DNA of 64,000 nucleotides, from contig OZ245817.1 of NCBI GenBank assembly GCA_965228475.1, forward strand, positions 1,216,001 through 1,280,000. Direction: 5' to 3'. This document shows, piece after piece, positions 12,649 through 26,475 of this stretch (position 1 is the first letter of the stretch; each line of letters starts with the position of its first letter). The notes under the pieces are model-generated. The model searched no databases, had not been told where the DNA came from, and saw nothing but the letters and a program-made list of their open reading frames with translations. The stretch is from Myxococcota bacterium (GTDB taxonomy: Bacteria > Myxococcota_A > UBA9160 > JAFDDA01). The position numbers and the translations under genes were made by a program.

Positions 12649-14121
12649 ATGACCTGGCTTCGGTCCCTCCTGGCCGCTTCCGTCGTTTTCGCCGTGGGAT
12701 GTCACGTCCCGGATTACAGCCCGCGCTTCGGGCCCGACGAGATCGCCATCTACGACGATCTGTTCGCGGTCTCGACGCCGAACGGCGAGCACGTCGTGGC
12801 CGTCGGGTTCTTCGGCACGGTCTACGTCTCGAAGGACGGCGGCACCACCTGGGACAAGGCCGAGAGCGGGACGCAGAAGTCGCTCTACGACGTTTCCATG
12901 GCCGACCCGCGGCGCGGCTGGGTCGTCGGCCAGCGCGGGCTGATCCTGCGCACCGAAGACGGCGGCATGACCTGGACGCAGCAGGACAACGCCAAGCTCG
13001 AGCAGGGCTCCCAGCTCTTCGCCGTGCACGCCATCGACGCCAACACCGCCTGGGTGGTCGGCGAGTGGGGCACGCGGCTGTTCACCGACGACGGCGGCAA
13101 CACCTGGCAGGACCGGTCGATGACCATCGACGAGACCCACCCGCGCTTCGTGTGGCTCGCGCCGGTGGAGCAGGAAGCGGTTCGCAACGGCGAGAAGGTC
13201 TTCGAGGACGTCGGTCTGAACGACGTCTTCTGCGCGCCGGCGCCGAGCAAGAACTGCTGGCTGATCGGCGAGTTCGGCTACGTCTTCCGCTCCGAGAACC
13301 TCGGGCTCTCGTGGGAGCGGGCCGAGATCCGCGGCAAGATCTCGACCGACCCGGTGCAGCTCCCGTACAACACCACCGACATCGCGGAAGAAGACCGCGA
13401 GCGGCTCACGGCCTTCGCCAAGGAGATCGTGGACCAGAACCACCTGAACATCGACATCGAGCCCGTCGCCCTGGCCAAGGAAGTGAAGACCTTCGGCAAG
13501 GAGGACGACCCCTTCGAGCTGTTCGAAGTGCTCGATGCCCGCACGCTGAACGTGCGCGAGGTGCTCGAGGGCGCCGGGATTCTCTCGGACCGCATCCGCG
13601 TCCGGAACGGCCCGCCCTGGGACTACGAGGACTTCCTCGAGGACGACCCGGAGTTCCTGCGCCGCTATCTCGACGGCCGCACGAGCGATTTCGCCGGCAT
13701 GCACGTGCGCGTCGCCCAGAACCCGTACCTCTTCAAGATCCACTTCCAGGACGAGAACACGGGCTTCATCTCCGGCCTGGGTGGCGTGATCCTGAAGTCC
13801 GAGGACGGCGGCAGCACGTGGACCTACCGCCAGACGGACCGCAAGCAGGCGCTCTTCTCCGTGGCGAACTCGAACGACCGCATCCTGGCGATCGGCGAGA
13901 AGGGCCTCGTCCAGGCTTCGACCGACGGCGGCGAGACCTGGAGCCAGCCCGACCGCGGCTTCCCGACGATGTTCACGTTCAGCCGGAACGTGACCTTCGC
14001 TCCGAACGGGACGCGCGGGTTCATCGTCGGGCAGGGCGGGAAGATCCTGCGCTCCGAGGATGGCGGCGCGAACTGGGACTACGTCCTGCCGCCCGAGACC
14101 CGGCGCGTCGCCGGCAACTAG
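12649..14121 (+). CDS. YCF48-like BNR/Asp-box beta-propeller lipoprotein with inserted OmpA-like domain
   Basis: Lipobox FAVGC; repeated S/T-x-D-G-G-x-T-W boxes; a ~120-aa non-repeat insert in the middle. Confidence 0.82.
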   Translation: MTWLRSLLAASVVFAVGCHVPDYSPRFGPDEIAIYDDLFAVSTPNGEHVVAVGFFGTVYVSKDGGTTWDKAESGTQKSLYDVSMADPRRGWVVGQRGLILRTEDGGMTWTQQDNAKLEQGSQLFAVHAIDANTAWVVGEWGTRLFTDDGGNTWQDRSMTIDETHPRFVWLAPVEQEAVRNGEKVFEDVGLNDVFCAPAPSKNCWLIGEFGYVFRSENLGLSWERAEIRGKISTDPVQLPYNTTDIAEEDRERLTAFAKEIVDQNHLNIDIEPVALAKEVKTFGKEDDPFELFEVLDARTLNVREVLEGAGILSDRIRVRNGPPWDYEDFLEDDPEFLRRYLDGRTSDFAGMHVRVAQNPYLFKIHFQDENTGFISGLGGVILKSEDGGSTWTYRQTDRKQALFSVANSNDRILAIGEKGLVQASTDGGETWSQPDRGFPTMFTFSRNVTFAPNGTRGFIVGQGGKILRSEDGGANWDYVLPPETRRVAGN

Positions 14122-14169
14122 GGCCCGGCGCCAGCGCGCGCGCCGTTTCTTCGCGCCCGTCGAGCTCCG

Positions 14170-15798
14170 TCAGTCCTGACGGAGCTCGACGCGGCGGATC
14201 TTGCCGCTCACGGTCTTCGGCAGGCTCGCGACGAACTCGATCTGGCGCGGGTACTTGTAGGGCGCCGTCACCTGCTTCACGTGATCCTGGAGCTTCCGCG
14301 CGAGGGCGTCTCCGCCCTCCGCGCCCGCTCGCAGGACGACGAAGGCCTTCACGACGTGGCCGCGGTCCGGGTCCGGCGCGGCCACCGCGGCGGCTTCCAC
14401 CACGTCCGGGTGTTCGAGCAGCGCGCTCTCGACCTCGAACGGCCCGATCCGGTAGCCCGCCGAGATGATCACGTCGTCGGCGCGCGCCATGAACCAGAAG
14501 TAGCCGTCCTCGTCGCGCTGGGCGCGGTCGCCCGTCACGTACCAGGGCGCATCCGGCTGGCCCGGCCGCTCGCGCCGGCAGCGGGCGCTGGCTTCGGGAT
14601 CCTTCCAATACTCGCGGAAGAGCGACGGCGGGTCGCCGCCGATCGCGATGTCGCCCGCCTCGCCGGGCGGGAGGATCTCGCCGGCTTCGTCGATGATCTC
14701 GACCTCGTGCCCGGGCGTCGCGAGGCCCATCGAGCCCGGCCGGACCGGAATGCCCGGCAGGTTCCCGACCAGCAGGATCGATTCCGTCTGCCCGTAGCCG
14801 TCGCGCACGACGAGCCCGGTGGACTCCTGCCAGGCGCGGATGACCTCGGGGTTCAGGGGCTCGCCGGCGGAGACGCACTCGCGCAGGCCCGGCACCGAGA
14901 AGCCCGAGAGGTCCTCCTTCACGAGCAGCCGGTACTCCGTCGGCGGAGCGCAGAAGACGTCCGGGGCGAACTCGGCGAGCAGCTCGAGCTCGCGCGCCGG
15001 CTCGAAGCGGCCCTCGTACATGCAGACCTCGGCGCCGACGGCCCAGGGGCCGAAGAGCACGCTGTAGGCGGCCTTGGCCCAGCCCGTGTCGCTCGTCGTC
15101 CAGATGCGCTGGCCGCGCTCGAGCCCGAGCCAGGCCTCGGCGGTGAGGCGCTGGGTGTGGGTGTAGCCGTGGGCGTGGAGGACGGCCTTCGGCGGGCCCG
15201 TGGTCCCGGAGGTGTAGTAGACGAGGGCCGGATCCTCGGCGCCCGTGTCCACGCAGGAGAACCCGCTCCCGGCGGCGGCGCAGTCGGCCTCGAGGTTCCG
15301 CCAGCCCGGAGCGTCTCCCGCCACGAGCCAGGTGTCGCGGACGCTCGCGAGTTCGCCGCGGACTTCGTCGACCAGCGGGGCGAGGGCCTCGTTCGTCACG
15401 ATCGCGACGGCGCCGCTGTGGCCCACGCGATAGAGCAGATCCTTCGGCCGGAGGATCGTCGAGCAGGGGATGACGAGGGCGCCGGCCTTCAGGGCGCCGA
15501 CCATGACCAGGTGCCACTCGGGCACCTTCGGGAGCATCACGATCACGGGATCTCCGGCGGAGACGCCCCGGGCGGCCAGGGCGGCGGCGACCCGGTCCGA
15601 GGCCTCCCGGACCTCGGAGAAGCGGAGCCTGCGCTCCGCGCCCTCGGCGCCCTTCCACCAGAGGGCCGACCCGTCGCCCTCCTCGGCATGCCGATCGACG
15701 ACGTCGCGCCCGAAGTTGAAGCGGGCGGGGACGTCGAAGCGGAACGCCCGGCAGCGCTCCGCGTACCGGGCCAGGGTCTCCGCAAGCTCGCTGCTCAT
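14170..15798 (-). CDS. Acyl-CoA synthetase (AMP-binding, medium-chain ACSM-like)
   Basis: FNFGRDVVD, YYTSGTTGPPK, SAGEPLNP, DGYGQTE, YVTGD, ISAGYRIGPFEVESAL, TAPYKYPR, LPKTVSGKIRR. Start MSSELAE after ggagg. Confidence 0.92.
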   Translation of the reverse strand: MSSELAETLARYAERCRAFRFDVPARFNFGRDVVDRHAEEGDGSALWWKGAEGAERRLRFSEVREASDRVAAALAARGVSAGDPVIVMLPKVPEWHLVMVGALKAGALVIPCSTILRPKDLLYRVGHSGAVAIVTNEALAPLVDEVRGELASVRDTWLVAGDAPGWRNLEADCAAAGSGFSCVDTGAEDPALVYYTSGTTGPPKAVLHAHGYTHTQRLTAEAWLGLERGQRIWTTSDTGWAKAAYSVLFGPWAVGAEVCMYEGRFEPARELELLAEFAPDVFCAPPTEYRLLVKEDLSGFSVPGLRECVSAGEPLNPEVIRAWQESTGLVVRDGYGQTESILLVGNLPGIPVRPGSMGLATPGHEVEIIDEAGEILPPGEAGDIAIGGDPPSLFREYWKDPEASARCRRERPGQPDAPWYVTGDRAQRDEDGYFWFMARADDVIISAGYRIGPFEVESALLEHPDVVEAAAVAAPDPDRGHVVKAFVVLRAGAEGGDALARKLQDHVKQVTAPYKYPRQIEFVASLPKTVSGKIRRVELRQD

Positions 15799-15884
15799 GG
15801 CTCCTCCGGCGGCTTCTCGGGGTTTCGCCTCAAGGGCCCCCCATCGAAGGCCGATGAACATAGCGGGGAGGTGCGCCAGGGGGC

Positions 15885-17309
15885 ATGGTGGAAGCAGGGA
15901 GGCCCGCAAGGGTCCTGATCGTCGACGACAAGCGGGCCGACCGCGAACTCGCTCGCGCCGCCCTCGAGGGCATGGCGCGCGTGGACTGCGTGCGCGGCGC
16001 CGACGAGGCGCTCGAAGCCCTGAAGGACGGAGGCGCGGACCTGCTGATCGCGGACCTCTCGCTGCGCGGCACGAACGGCCTCGACCTGCTCGCGAAGGTC
16101 CGGCGCGAACACCCGAGCACCGACGTCCTGATCGTCACGACCAACGCCTCCGTCGACAGCGCCGTCGGCGCCCTGCGCATGGGCGCGGCCGATTACCTGC
16201 GAAAGCCCGTGACCAGCGAGGAGCTCTCCCTCGCCGTCGACCGCGTGCTCGCGAAGCGCCGCCTGCTCGAGGAGAACGTCCGCCTGCGCGACGCGCTCCA
16301 GACCGTCGAGTCCTGCAAGGCCCTGATCGACTGCCTCGACCCGGGGGAGGTCTACACCGTCTCGCTCGAGCTCCTGCTGCACGCCGTGTGGCGCAAGCGC
16401 GGCCTGGCCGTCTTCAACCGCTCCTATCAGTCGATGCCGGACTCCGCGGCCTTCCGCGGGTTCAGCGAGTCCCAGGCCGTGAAGCTCCGGCAGCTCCTCA
16501 TCGACGAGAAGCCCGTTTCGCTCGCGACGATCCCGGAGATCGACGAGTGGACCTCCGGCGCGCTGTTCGAGGCCTTCGCCCAGGCCGGCGTCGAGACCGA
16601 CCGCGTGCTCACCGTCCCCGTGCGCGGGCAGGAGAGCGACGCCGGCGTGCTCTGGGTGCTCGGCGACGGCGACCCCTTCGAGGACAGCGACTTCGAGCGC
16701 GCCATGATCGTGGCGGGCCACGCCGCGGCCTCCCTCGACAACGCCGTCCGCTACAGCCAGGCCAAGGCCAAGGCCTTCGTCGACGACGTCACCGAACTCC
16801 ACAACGCGCGCTACCTGCACCACCAGATCGAGCACGAGCTCCGCCGCGCGGAGCGCTACTCGAAGCCGACCTCGATCCTCTTCCTCGACCTCGACCACTT
16901 CAAGCAGGTGAACGACGCGGCGGGCCACCTGGTCGGCTCCGGGGCGCTGAAGGCCCTCGGCCGCGTGCTCTCCTCGTGCGTTCGCGACGTGGACACCGTC
17001 GCCCGCTACGGCGGCGACGAGTTCACGATCATCCTCGCCGACACGCCGCTTTCGACCGCCATGACCGTCGCCGAGCGCATCCGCGCCACCGTCGAGGCCA
17101 CGGAGTTCGACGGCGGGCGGGTCGGCCCGCTCGACCTCTCGGTCTGCATCGGCGTGGCCGAGTTCCCCTCCCACGGCGCGACGCGCGAGGACCTGCTCGG
17201 CGCGGCGGACAAGGCCATGTATCGGGCCAAGTCCCTGGGCCGAAACCGCGTTTGCTCCGCCGACGACCTCCCGCCCGGCGAGGACGGCCCCGAAGCCCCC
17301 GACGCTTGA
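15885..17309 (+). CDS. Response regulator-GAF-GGDEF diguanylate cyclase
   Basis: REC (VLIVDD, LLIAD, ADYLRKP), GAF-like middle, DLDHFKQVND, I-site RDVD, ARYGGDEF, AADKAMYRAK. Confidence 0.92.
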   Translation: MVEAGRPARVLIVDDKRADRELARAALEGMARVDCVRGADEALEALKDGGADLLIADLSLRGTNGLDLLAKVRREHPSTDVLIVTTNASVDSAVGALRMGAADYLRKPVTSEELSLAVDRVLAKRRLLEENVRLRDALQTVESCKALIDCLDPGEVYTVSLELLLHAVWRKRGLAVFNRSYQSMPDSAAFRGFSESQAVKLRQLLIDEKPVSLATIPEIDEWTSGALFEAFAQAGVETDRVLTVPVRGQESDAGVLWVLGDGDPFEDSDFERAMIVAGHAAASLDNAVRYSQAKAKAFVDDVTELHNARYLHHQIEHELRRAERYSKPTSILFLDLDHFKQVNDAAGHLVGSGALKALGRVLSSCVRDVDTVARYGGDEFTIILADTPLSTAMTVAERIRATVEATEFDGGRVGPLDLSVCIGVAEFPSHGATREDLLGAADKAMYRAKSLGRNRVCSADDLPPGEDGPEAPDA

Positions 17310-17335
17310 CGCGACGGCGGCCCCTGCGCTAACCA
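17306..17335 (+). promoter_or_regulatory. Putative sigma70 promoter for aspS
   Basis: TTGACG (17306-11), 18 nt spacer, gcTAACCA (17330-35), about 70 nt upstream of the aspS start. Confidence 0.4.
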
Positions 17336-17402
17336 ACCTGCTGATTTTCAAGGCGTTTCTCGGCTGCCGTCCACCGCCTGCGGCGCCCAGGAGACTTCGG
17401 CC

Positions 17403-19216
<1,814 letters not shown>

Positions 19217-19217
<1 letters not shown>

Positions 19218-19594
19218 TGAAGCGGGCAATCGCATGGGCTCTCGCCCTGGCCACGAGCGTCGTCGCGGGGAACACCATCGCGGGAGAGAACGCCGGCGAG
19301 ACCTACACCGTCCGCCGCGGACAGACCCTCACGATGATCTCCGACGACGTGCTCGGGGACCCGCAGCTCTGGCCCGCGATCTATCGCGCGAACCGCGATC
19401 AGATCAAGGACCCGAAGGTGCTCCACGTCGGCCAGAAGCTCGAGATCCCGGCCGTTCCGGCCGACCCGGCCGTGCGCAACCGCATCCGCGAGGAGGCGGT
19501 GGCGTGGGTCGCACCGCCGCAGAAACCCGCCGGCCCCGACGTCGCCGCCGCCCCGCCGAAGCCGGGCGAGACCGCATCCTCCACCACCGAGTGA
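19217..19594 (+). CDS. Secreted LysM peptidoglycan-binding protein
   Basis: Signal peptide, then YTVRRGQTL...LWPAIYRANRDQIKDPKVLHVGQKLEIP (LysM). Confidence 0.88.
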
Positions 19595-19613
19595 GGGGCG
19601 AGGACCGGATCCT

Positions 19614-21281
19614 CTGAGCGGCCCGGGCACCACGCCCCCGCCGCCGCTTTCCACCGATCCCTTCGACGTGCTCGTCGTCGGCGGTGGCATCAATGGCGCC
19701 GGCATCGCGCGCGACCTCGCCCTGCGCGGCGTCCGCGTCGCCCTCGTCGAGAAGAGCGAGTTCGGCTCGGGCACGAGCTGGGGCTCCTCGGGCATGATCC
19801 ACGGGGGGCTTCGCTACCTGCAGCACGACCCGGAGGTCACGCTGCACTCCTGCGTCGACTCCGGGCACATCCAGCGCATCGCGCCGCACCTCGTCTTCCG
19901 CATCCCGTTCCTGATGCCGATCTTCGCGGACGACCCGATCGGGGAGGAGATCGTCGAGATCGGTCTCGAGATGTACGACGCGTACCAGCCCTTCAAGGGC
20001 GGGCGTCCCCACACGCGGCTCACGCGCGAGCAGGCCCAGCAGCTCGAGCCCGCCATCTCCGATGCCATCGAGGGCGCCTTCACCCTGGACGAGTGGGGCG
20101 TCGACGCCGCGCGCCTGTGCGCCGCGAACGCCCTCGACGCGGCCGAGCGCGGGGCCTTCGTGCGGACGCACACCGAGGTCGTGCGCTTCCTGATCGAGGG
20201 CGGCCGGGTCTGCGGCGCGCTCGTGCGCGACCGCATCACCGGGGAGGAGCGCCGCATCGAGGCGCGCGAGACGATCAACGCCACGGGCCCGTGGTCCGAG
20301 CGCATGGCCGAGCTCGCGGGCGTTCCCGTGAAGCTTCGCCCGGGGAAGGGCATCCACCTGATCTTCGAGCGGCGTGTCTCGAACCTCGCGGTCTACGCGC
20401 GCGGCATCGACGGACGCGACATGTTCACCTTCCCGCACGAGCAGAACAGCATGGCGGGCACGACCGACGACGACTTCTACGGGGACCTCGACCGCCTCGA
20501 GGTCACCGAGGACGAGATCGCCTACGTGCTCCAGGCCATGGAGCGCTCGCTCCCGGGGATCCGGCGGCACCGCATCGTCCAGGCCATCGCCGCCGTGCGG
20601 CCGACGCTCTACGGCTTCGGGAGCTACGAGAACGAGCTCTCGCGCGACTACGAAGTCTTCGACCACGGGGAGCGCGACGGCGTGCCCGGCTTCTGGACGA
20701 TCGCCGGCGGGAAGCTCGCGGCCTACCGCCTGATGGCCGAGGACGCCTCGGACCGGCTGTGCACCGCGCTCGGCGTCGAGGAGACGAGCCGCAGCCACGA
20801 GGTTCCGCTGCCGGGGGCCGAAGCCACCTGGGACCCGGCGGAGATCTCCCGCCGCTTCTCGGTGGGCCTGCCGAGCGCGATCCGCCTGGGCTTCCGCCAC
20901 GCGGCCCGGGCGGAGGAGGTGCTGGCGACGGCGCCCGAGACCGGCCGCACCGTCGTTTGCGCCTGCGAACCCGTGCTCGAGGCGGAGCTTCGGCACGTGG
21001 CCGAGCGCGAAGGCCTGCGGACCCTCGACGACTGCCGCCTGCGCGTGCGCCTCGGCATCGGCGCCTGTCAGGGGGCGGCCTGCGCGTCTCATGCCGCCGC
21101 CGTGCTGGCCGACACCCTCGGCTGGGACGCCGAGCGCACCGGGGAGGAGCTCGCGCACTTCGTCCAGGAGCGCTGGCGGGCCGTGTCGCCGGCGCTGATG
21201 GGCGACCACGTCGGCGCGATGGAGCTCCACCGCGCGGCGTTCATCGGAGCGCGCGGGTTCCACGAAGCGGAGGAGTTCTAG
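19614..21281 (+). CDS. glpA: FAD-dependent glycerol-3-phosphate dehydrogenase, GlpA-like (with C-terminal BFD-like [2Fe-2S] domain)
   Basis: FDVLVVGGGINGAGIARDLALRG, SGMIHGGLRYL, INATGPW, GGKLAAYRLMAE, CACE...RLGIGACQGAAC. The GTG at 19668 falls inside the first Rossmann strand, so an upstream in-frame CTG at 19614 (after gagga) is proposed as start. Confidence 0.85.
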   Translation: MSGPGTTPPPPLSTDPFDVLVVGGGINGAGIARDLALRGVRVALVEKSEFGSGTSWGSSGMIHGGLRYLQHDPEVTLHSCVDSGHIQRIAPHLVFRIPFLMPIFADDPIGEEIVEIGLEMYDAYQPFKGGRPHTRLTREQAQQLEPAISDAIEGAFTLDEWGVDAARLCAANALDAAERGAFVRTHTEVVRFLIEGGRVCGALVRDRITGEERRIEARETINATGPWSERMAELAGVPVKLRPGKGIHLIFERRVSNLAVYARGIDGRDMFTFPHEQNSMAGTTDDDFYGDLDRLEVTEDEIAYVLQAMERSLPGIRRHRIVQAIAAVRPTLYGFGSYENELSRDYEVFDHGERDGVPGFWTIAGGKLAAYRLMAEDASDRLCTALGVEETSRSHEVPLPGAEATWDPAEISRRFSVGLPSAIRLGFRHAARAEEVLATAPETGRTVVCACEPVLEAELRHVAEREGLRTLDDCRLRVRLGIGACQGAACASHAAAVLADTLGWDAERTGEELAHFVQERWRAVSPALMGDHVGAMELHRAAFIGARGFHEAEEF

Positions 21282-21282
21282 G

Positions 21283-22707
21283 GTGCGGGTCGTCGTCGTC
21301 GGCGGCGGGCTCGCGGGCGCCAGCGCGGCGCTCTCGGCGGTCGAGGCCGGTGCCTCGGTGGATCTCGTCGGGGCCGGGCCGGGTTCGACCGCGCTCGGCT
21401 GGGGCACCCTCGACGTGGCGGCCGCCGCGCCCGGTTCGCGCCGCATGCGCTACCGCTCGGCGCTCCGCGATGCGCCGCTGACCGGCCAGGATCGTCTCGA
21501 CGTCCTCGTCGAGAGCTACCCGAGCCATCCCTACGCGACCCTGTGGCGAAGGCAGGACGCGGACGCCGCGCCCGGCCGTTCGCCGGATGCCCGGGACCCC
21601 GGCCAGGAGGTGAAGCAGGCGACGGCCTTCCTCGACGCGGCCCTCGCGCCCCACGGCCTCCGCGTCGAAGGGAGCCTCGACGCGAACCGTCTGCTCGCCG
21701 ACGAGCACGGCGCCGTCCGCGTGGTGGACTTCGCCTTCAGCGGCCCGGCCGAGGGGGATCTCTCCGAGGCGAGCGAGGTCGCCTGGGTGCGCATCCACGG
21801 CCTGCCCGGTCCACCGGCCTCGGCCGTGGTGCGCCGGTTCGCCGCGGAGTTCGCGGCGCTCGGGCATCCGCCGGTCCGGCTGCGCGCGCCGGTCCTTCGC
21901 TTGCCCGCCGGCCTCCCGGTGGACTCCCCGGCCCGGCTCGCGGCGGCCCTCGAGACCGAAGCCGGTTTCGCGGCCTTCGCCGAGGCGGCTGCGGACCTCG
22001 TGGCGGATCTCCCGGGCGATCGGCTCTGGCTCTTCCCGGCGGTCCTCGGCTTCGCCCGCGTGGCCGAGCGGCGGGCGGCCCTGGCCGAGCGACTCGGCGG
22101 TCCCGTGGGTGAGCGCCTCGGCGTCGTCCCGGGCTCGACCCCGGGCTACCGGCTGCAGCGGGCCCTCGACGCGGCGCTCGAGAGCGCCGGCGTCCGGCGG
22201 CACGCGGTCCGGGCTGAAGGCATCGTCGTCCGCGAGGGACGCGCTGCCGAGGTCGCCCTCGAAGCGCCCGACGCGGCGCTTCCGGCCGACGCCATCGTCC
22301 TGGCGACGGGGCGGTTCCTCGCGGGCGGTTTGCGCGACGAAGCCCGGGGCGTTCGCGAGCCGCTGCTCGGCCTGCCGCTCTTCGATGCCTCGGGGCGCCG
22401 CGTCGACGGCCGGCCGGCCCGCCAATCGCTCAAGCGCCGCTACCTCGATGCCCAGCCGCTCTACTCGGCGGGGGCCTGCGTCGACGGACGCCTGCGCGCG
22501 CTCTCGGCACCGGCCGGGGAGGCGGGCGCGCGGGTCGTCCTGCCGAACCTCCACGTGGCGGGGGATCTGCTCGGCGGCTTCGACCCGTCCCGGGAGCGCA
22601 CGGGTCTCGGTGTGGCGCTGGTGACGGGGCGGCTGGCCGGGCGGCTCGCCGTCGAAGTTCCTCCGGCGTCGGCCGAGCCGCCGGAAGCCGGCGGGGCCGA
22701 CCGATGA
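21283..22707 (+). CDS. glpB: Anaerobic glycerol-3-phosphate dehydrogenase subunit B-like flavoprotein
   Basis: VVVGGGLAG Rossmann motif, PGYRLQRAL, VLATGRFLAGGL, GVREPLLGLP, NLHVAGDLLGGFDP, GLGVALVTG; directly follows glpA. Confidence 0.8.
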   Translation: MRVVVVGGGLAGASAALSAVEAGASVDLVGAGPGSTALGWGTLDVAAAAPGSRRMRYRSALRDAPLTGQDRLDVLVESYPSHPYATLWRRQDADAAPGRSPDARDPGQEVKQATAFLDAALAPHGLRVEGSLDANRLLADEHGAVRVVDFAFSGPAEGDLSEASEVAWVRIHGLPGPPASAVVRRFAAEFAALGHPPVRLRAPVLRLPAGLPVDSPARLAAALETEAGFAAFAEAAADLVADLPGDRLWLFPAVLGFARVAERRAALAERLGGPVGERLGVVPGSTPGYRLQRALDAALESAGVRRHAVRAEGIVVREGRAAEVALEAPDAALPADAIVLATGRFLAGGLRDEARGVREPLLGLPLFDASGRRVDGRPARQSLKRRYLDAQPLYSAGACVDGRLRALSAPAGEAGARVVLPNLHVAGDLLGGFDPSRERTGLGVALVTGRLAGRLAVEVPPASAEPPEAGGADR

Positions 22708-23195
22708 GCGTGCGGAGCTTCTTCCGCGGGTACCGCGGCTTCCTGCGCGAACTCGGGAACACCGGGACGATGGCGGCGCTCCAGCTCCAGGTGAAGACCG
22801 GCGCGCTCCACGTGCTGCGCTCCTTCGGACGCAAGCGGGCCGAGGACCCGGTCGGCCTCTTCCTCGAGAACTACGGCGCGGACGGCGTGCGGCTCCCGGA
22901 CCCGGAGGCCCGGCCGCTCTCGCTCGCGGCGGCCCGCTGCCTGGCCTGTGGCCTCTGCTCTCTCGAATGTGCCCGCGTCGGCGGCCAGCCGCCGCTCGAC
23001 CCGCGCGACGCCGTTCTGGCCGGCGCCCGCCTCGAGATCGATCTCACCCGCCTCGGCCTCTCCCTCGGGCCCGCGGCTCCGGAGGGCGAACCCGCTGACC
23101 CCTGTACGGGCTGCGCTGCGTGCGAGACCGTTTGCCCCGCTCGGATCCCGATCGCCCGCGTCCAGGCCCGTCTGGCCCGGGCCGGCACCGCCTGA
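22704..23195 (+). CDS. 2[4Fe-4S] ferredoxin-type protein (short GlpC-like partner)
   Basis: CLACGLCSLEC and CTGCAACETVCP motifs; ATGA overlap with glpB. Confidence 0.75.
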   Translation: MSVRSFFRGYRGFLRELGNTGTMAALQLQVKTGALHVLRSFGRKRAEDPVGLFLENYGADGVRLPDPEARPLSLAAARCLACGLCSLECARVGGQPPLDPRDAVLAGARLEIDLTRLGLSLGPAAPEGEPADPCTGCAACETVCPARIPIARVQARLARAGTA

Positions 23196-23298
23196 GCCCC
23201 CTCCCTGCGCTATAACACCGCCCGTCGGGCGCCCCGAATCGGCGCGCCCCGAATCACCCCCGCGCCCCCGCAAGCGGCCTCCTGGCCGCGCGCAGTGA

Positions 23299-24252
<954 letters not shown>

Positions 24253-24264
24253 GAGCAGTTTCGG

Positions 24265-25431
24265 ATGAACGTTCACGAGTATCAGGCGAAAGAACTCCTG
24301 CGCGCGGCGGGCGTCGCGGTTCCGGACGGCGTGGTCGCGACCACCGCCGACGAAGCCGAGGCCGCCGCGAAGCAGCTCGGCGGCGATCTCTGCGTCGTGA
24401 AGGCGCAGATCCACGCCGGCGGGCGCGGGAAGGGCGGCGGCGTGAAGCTCGCCAAGTCCGTCGCGGAGGCGCGCAAGCATGCCGAGGACATCCTCGGGAT
24501 GACCCTCGTGACCCACCAGACCGGGCCCGAGGGCAAGCTCGTGCGCAAGGTCTACGTGGAAGCGGGCTCGGACATCGCCCGGGAGCTCTACCTCGGCATC
24601 GTGCTCGACCGCAGCGCCGAGAAGCTCGCGGTGATCGCCTCGACCGAGGGCGGCATGGAGATCGAGGAGGTCGCGGCCAAGACGCCCGAGAAGATCCTCA
24701 CCGTGCACATCGACCCGAACGTCGGGCTCCAGGGCTTCCAGGCGCGCGACGTCGGCTTCGGCCTGGGCCTCGACGGCGACCAGGTGAAGAAGTTCGAGGT
24801 GTTCCTGAAGGCGCTCTACGACCTCTACGTCGAGAAGGATTGCTCGATCGCGGAGATCAACCCGCTCGTGGTGACGGGGCAGGGCGACCTGCTCGCCCTC
24901 GACTGCAAGCTCAACTTCGACGACAACGCGCTCTACCGGCACGAGGACGTGGCCGCGCTGCGCGACCCGGACGAAGAGGACGAGCGCGAGCGCGCCGCCA
25001 ACGAGATCGACCTCGCCTACGTGGGCCTCGACGGCAACGTCGGCTGCATGGTGAACGGCGCGGGCCTCGCCATGGCGACCCTCGACATGCTCACCCACTG
25101 CGGCGGCGAGCCCGCGAACTTCCTCGACGCCGGCGGCACCGCCGACCGGGCGAAGGTCGCGGAGGCCTTCAAGCTCATCCTGCGCGACGACAAGGTGAAG
25201 GCGATCCTCGTGAACATCTTCGGCGGGATCGTGCGCTGCGACATGATCGCCGAGGGCGTGATCGCTGCGGCGACGGAGCTCGACGTCACCGTGCCGCTCG
25301 TCGTGCGGCTCCAGGGAACGAACGCCGCGGAGGGTCGGGAGATCCTCGAGAAGAGCGGCCTGAACATCACGCCCGCCGAAACCCTCGGCGAAGCGGGCGA
25401 AAAGGCGGTTGCGGCCGCGGCGGGGAACTGA
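24265..25431 (+). CDS. sucC: Succinate--CoA ligase beta subunit
   Basis: [56 protein letters not shown]. Confidence 0.97.
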   Translation: MNVHEYQAKELLRAAGVAVPDGVVATTADEAEAAAKQLGGDLCVVKAQIHAGGRGKGGGVKLAKSVAEARKHAEDILGMTLVTHQTGPEGKLVRKVYVEAGSDIARELYLGIVLDRSAEKLAVIASTEGGMEIEEVAAKTPEKILTVHIDPNVGLQGFQARDVGFGLGLDGDQVKKFEVFLKALYDLYVEKDCSIAEINPLVVTGQGDLLALDCKLNFDDNALYRHEDVAALRDPDEEDERERAANEIDLAYVGLDGNVGCMVNGAGLAMATLDMLTHCGGEPANFLDAGGTADRAKVAEAFKLILRDDKVKAILVNIFGGIVRCDMIAEGVIAAATELDVTVPLVVRLQGTNAAEGREILEKSGLNITPAETLGEAGEKAVAAAAGN

Positions 25432-25433
25432 GC

Positions 25434-26303
<870 letters not shown>

Positions 26304-26322
26304 GAGCGGTACCCTTCTCCGC

Positions 26323-26475
26323 ATGAGCGAGCGCCTCCTCGAGATCGCCCGGCGATTGCAGGCCCAGCCGTGGAACCGCCCAGGGCAGGAGAAGGGCTGG
26401 GTGCTCGAAGCCATGGCCCAGGGTCGGAGGCTTCGCACCGAGGTGAGGCGGGTCCCTCGCGATGCCCCGTCCTAG
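26323..26475 (+). CDS. Small 50-aa protein (not in ORF track), putative partner/antitoxin of the downstream nucleotidyltransferase
   Basis: ATG 26323 to TAG 26475: MSERLLEIARRLQAQPWNRPGQEKGWVLEAMAQGRRLRTEVRRVPRDAPS. Overlaps the next start; TACCCT lies 7 nt upstream. Confidence 0.5.
   Translation: MSERLLEIARRLQAQPWNRPGQEKGWVLEAMAQGRRLRTEVRRVPRDAPS

Noticed and set aside
9385..13743. 1452-aa minus-strand ORF as a giant ABC1 kinase fusion
   Set aside because: Only the last ~482 aa have kinase motifs; the rest is the stop-free antisense frame of the DUF1329 and YCF48 genes, a common high-GC artefact.
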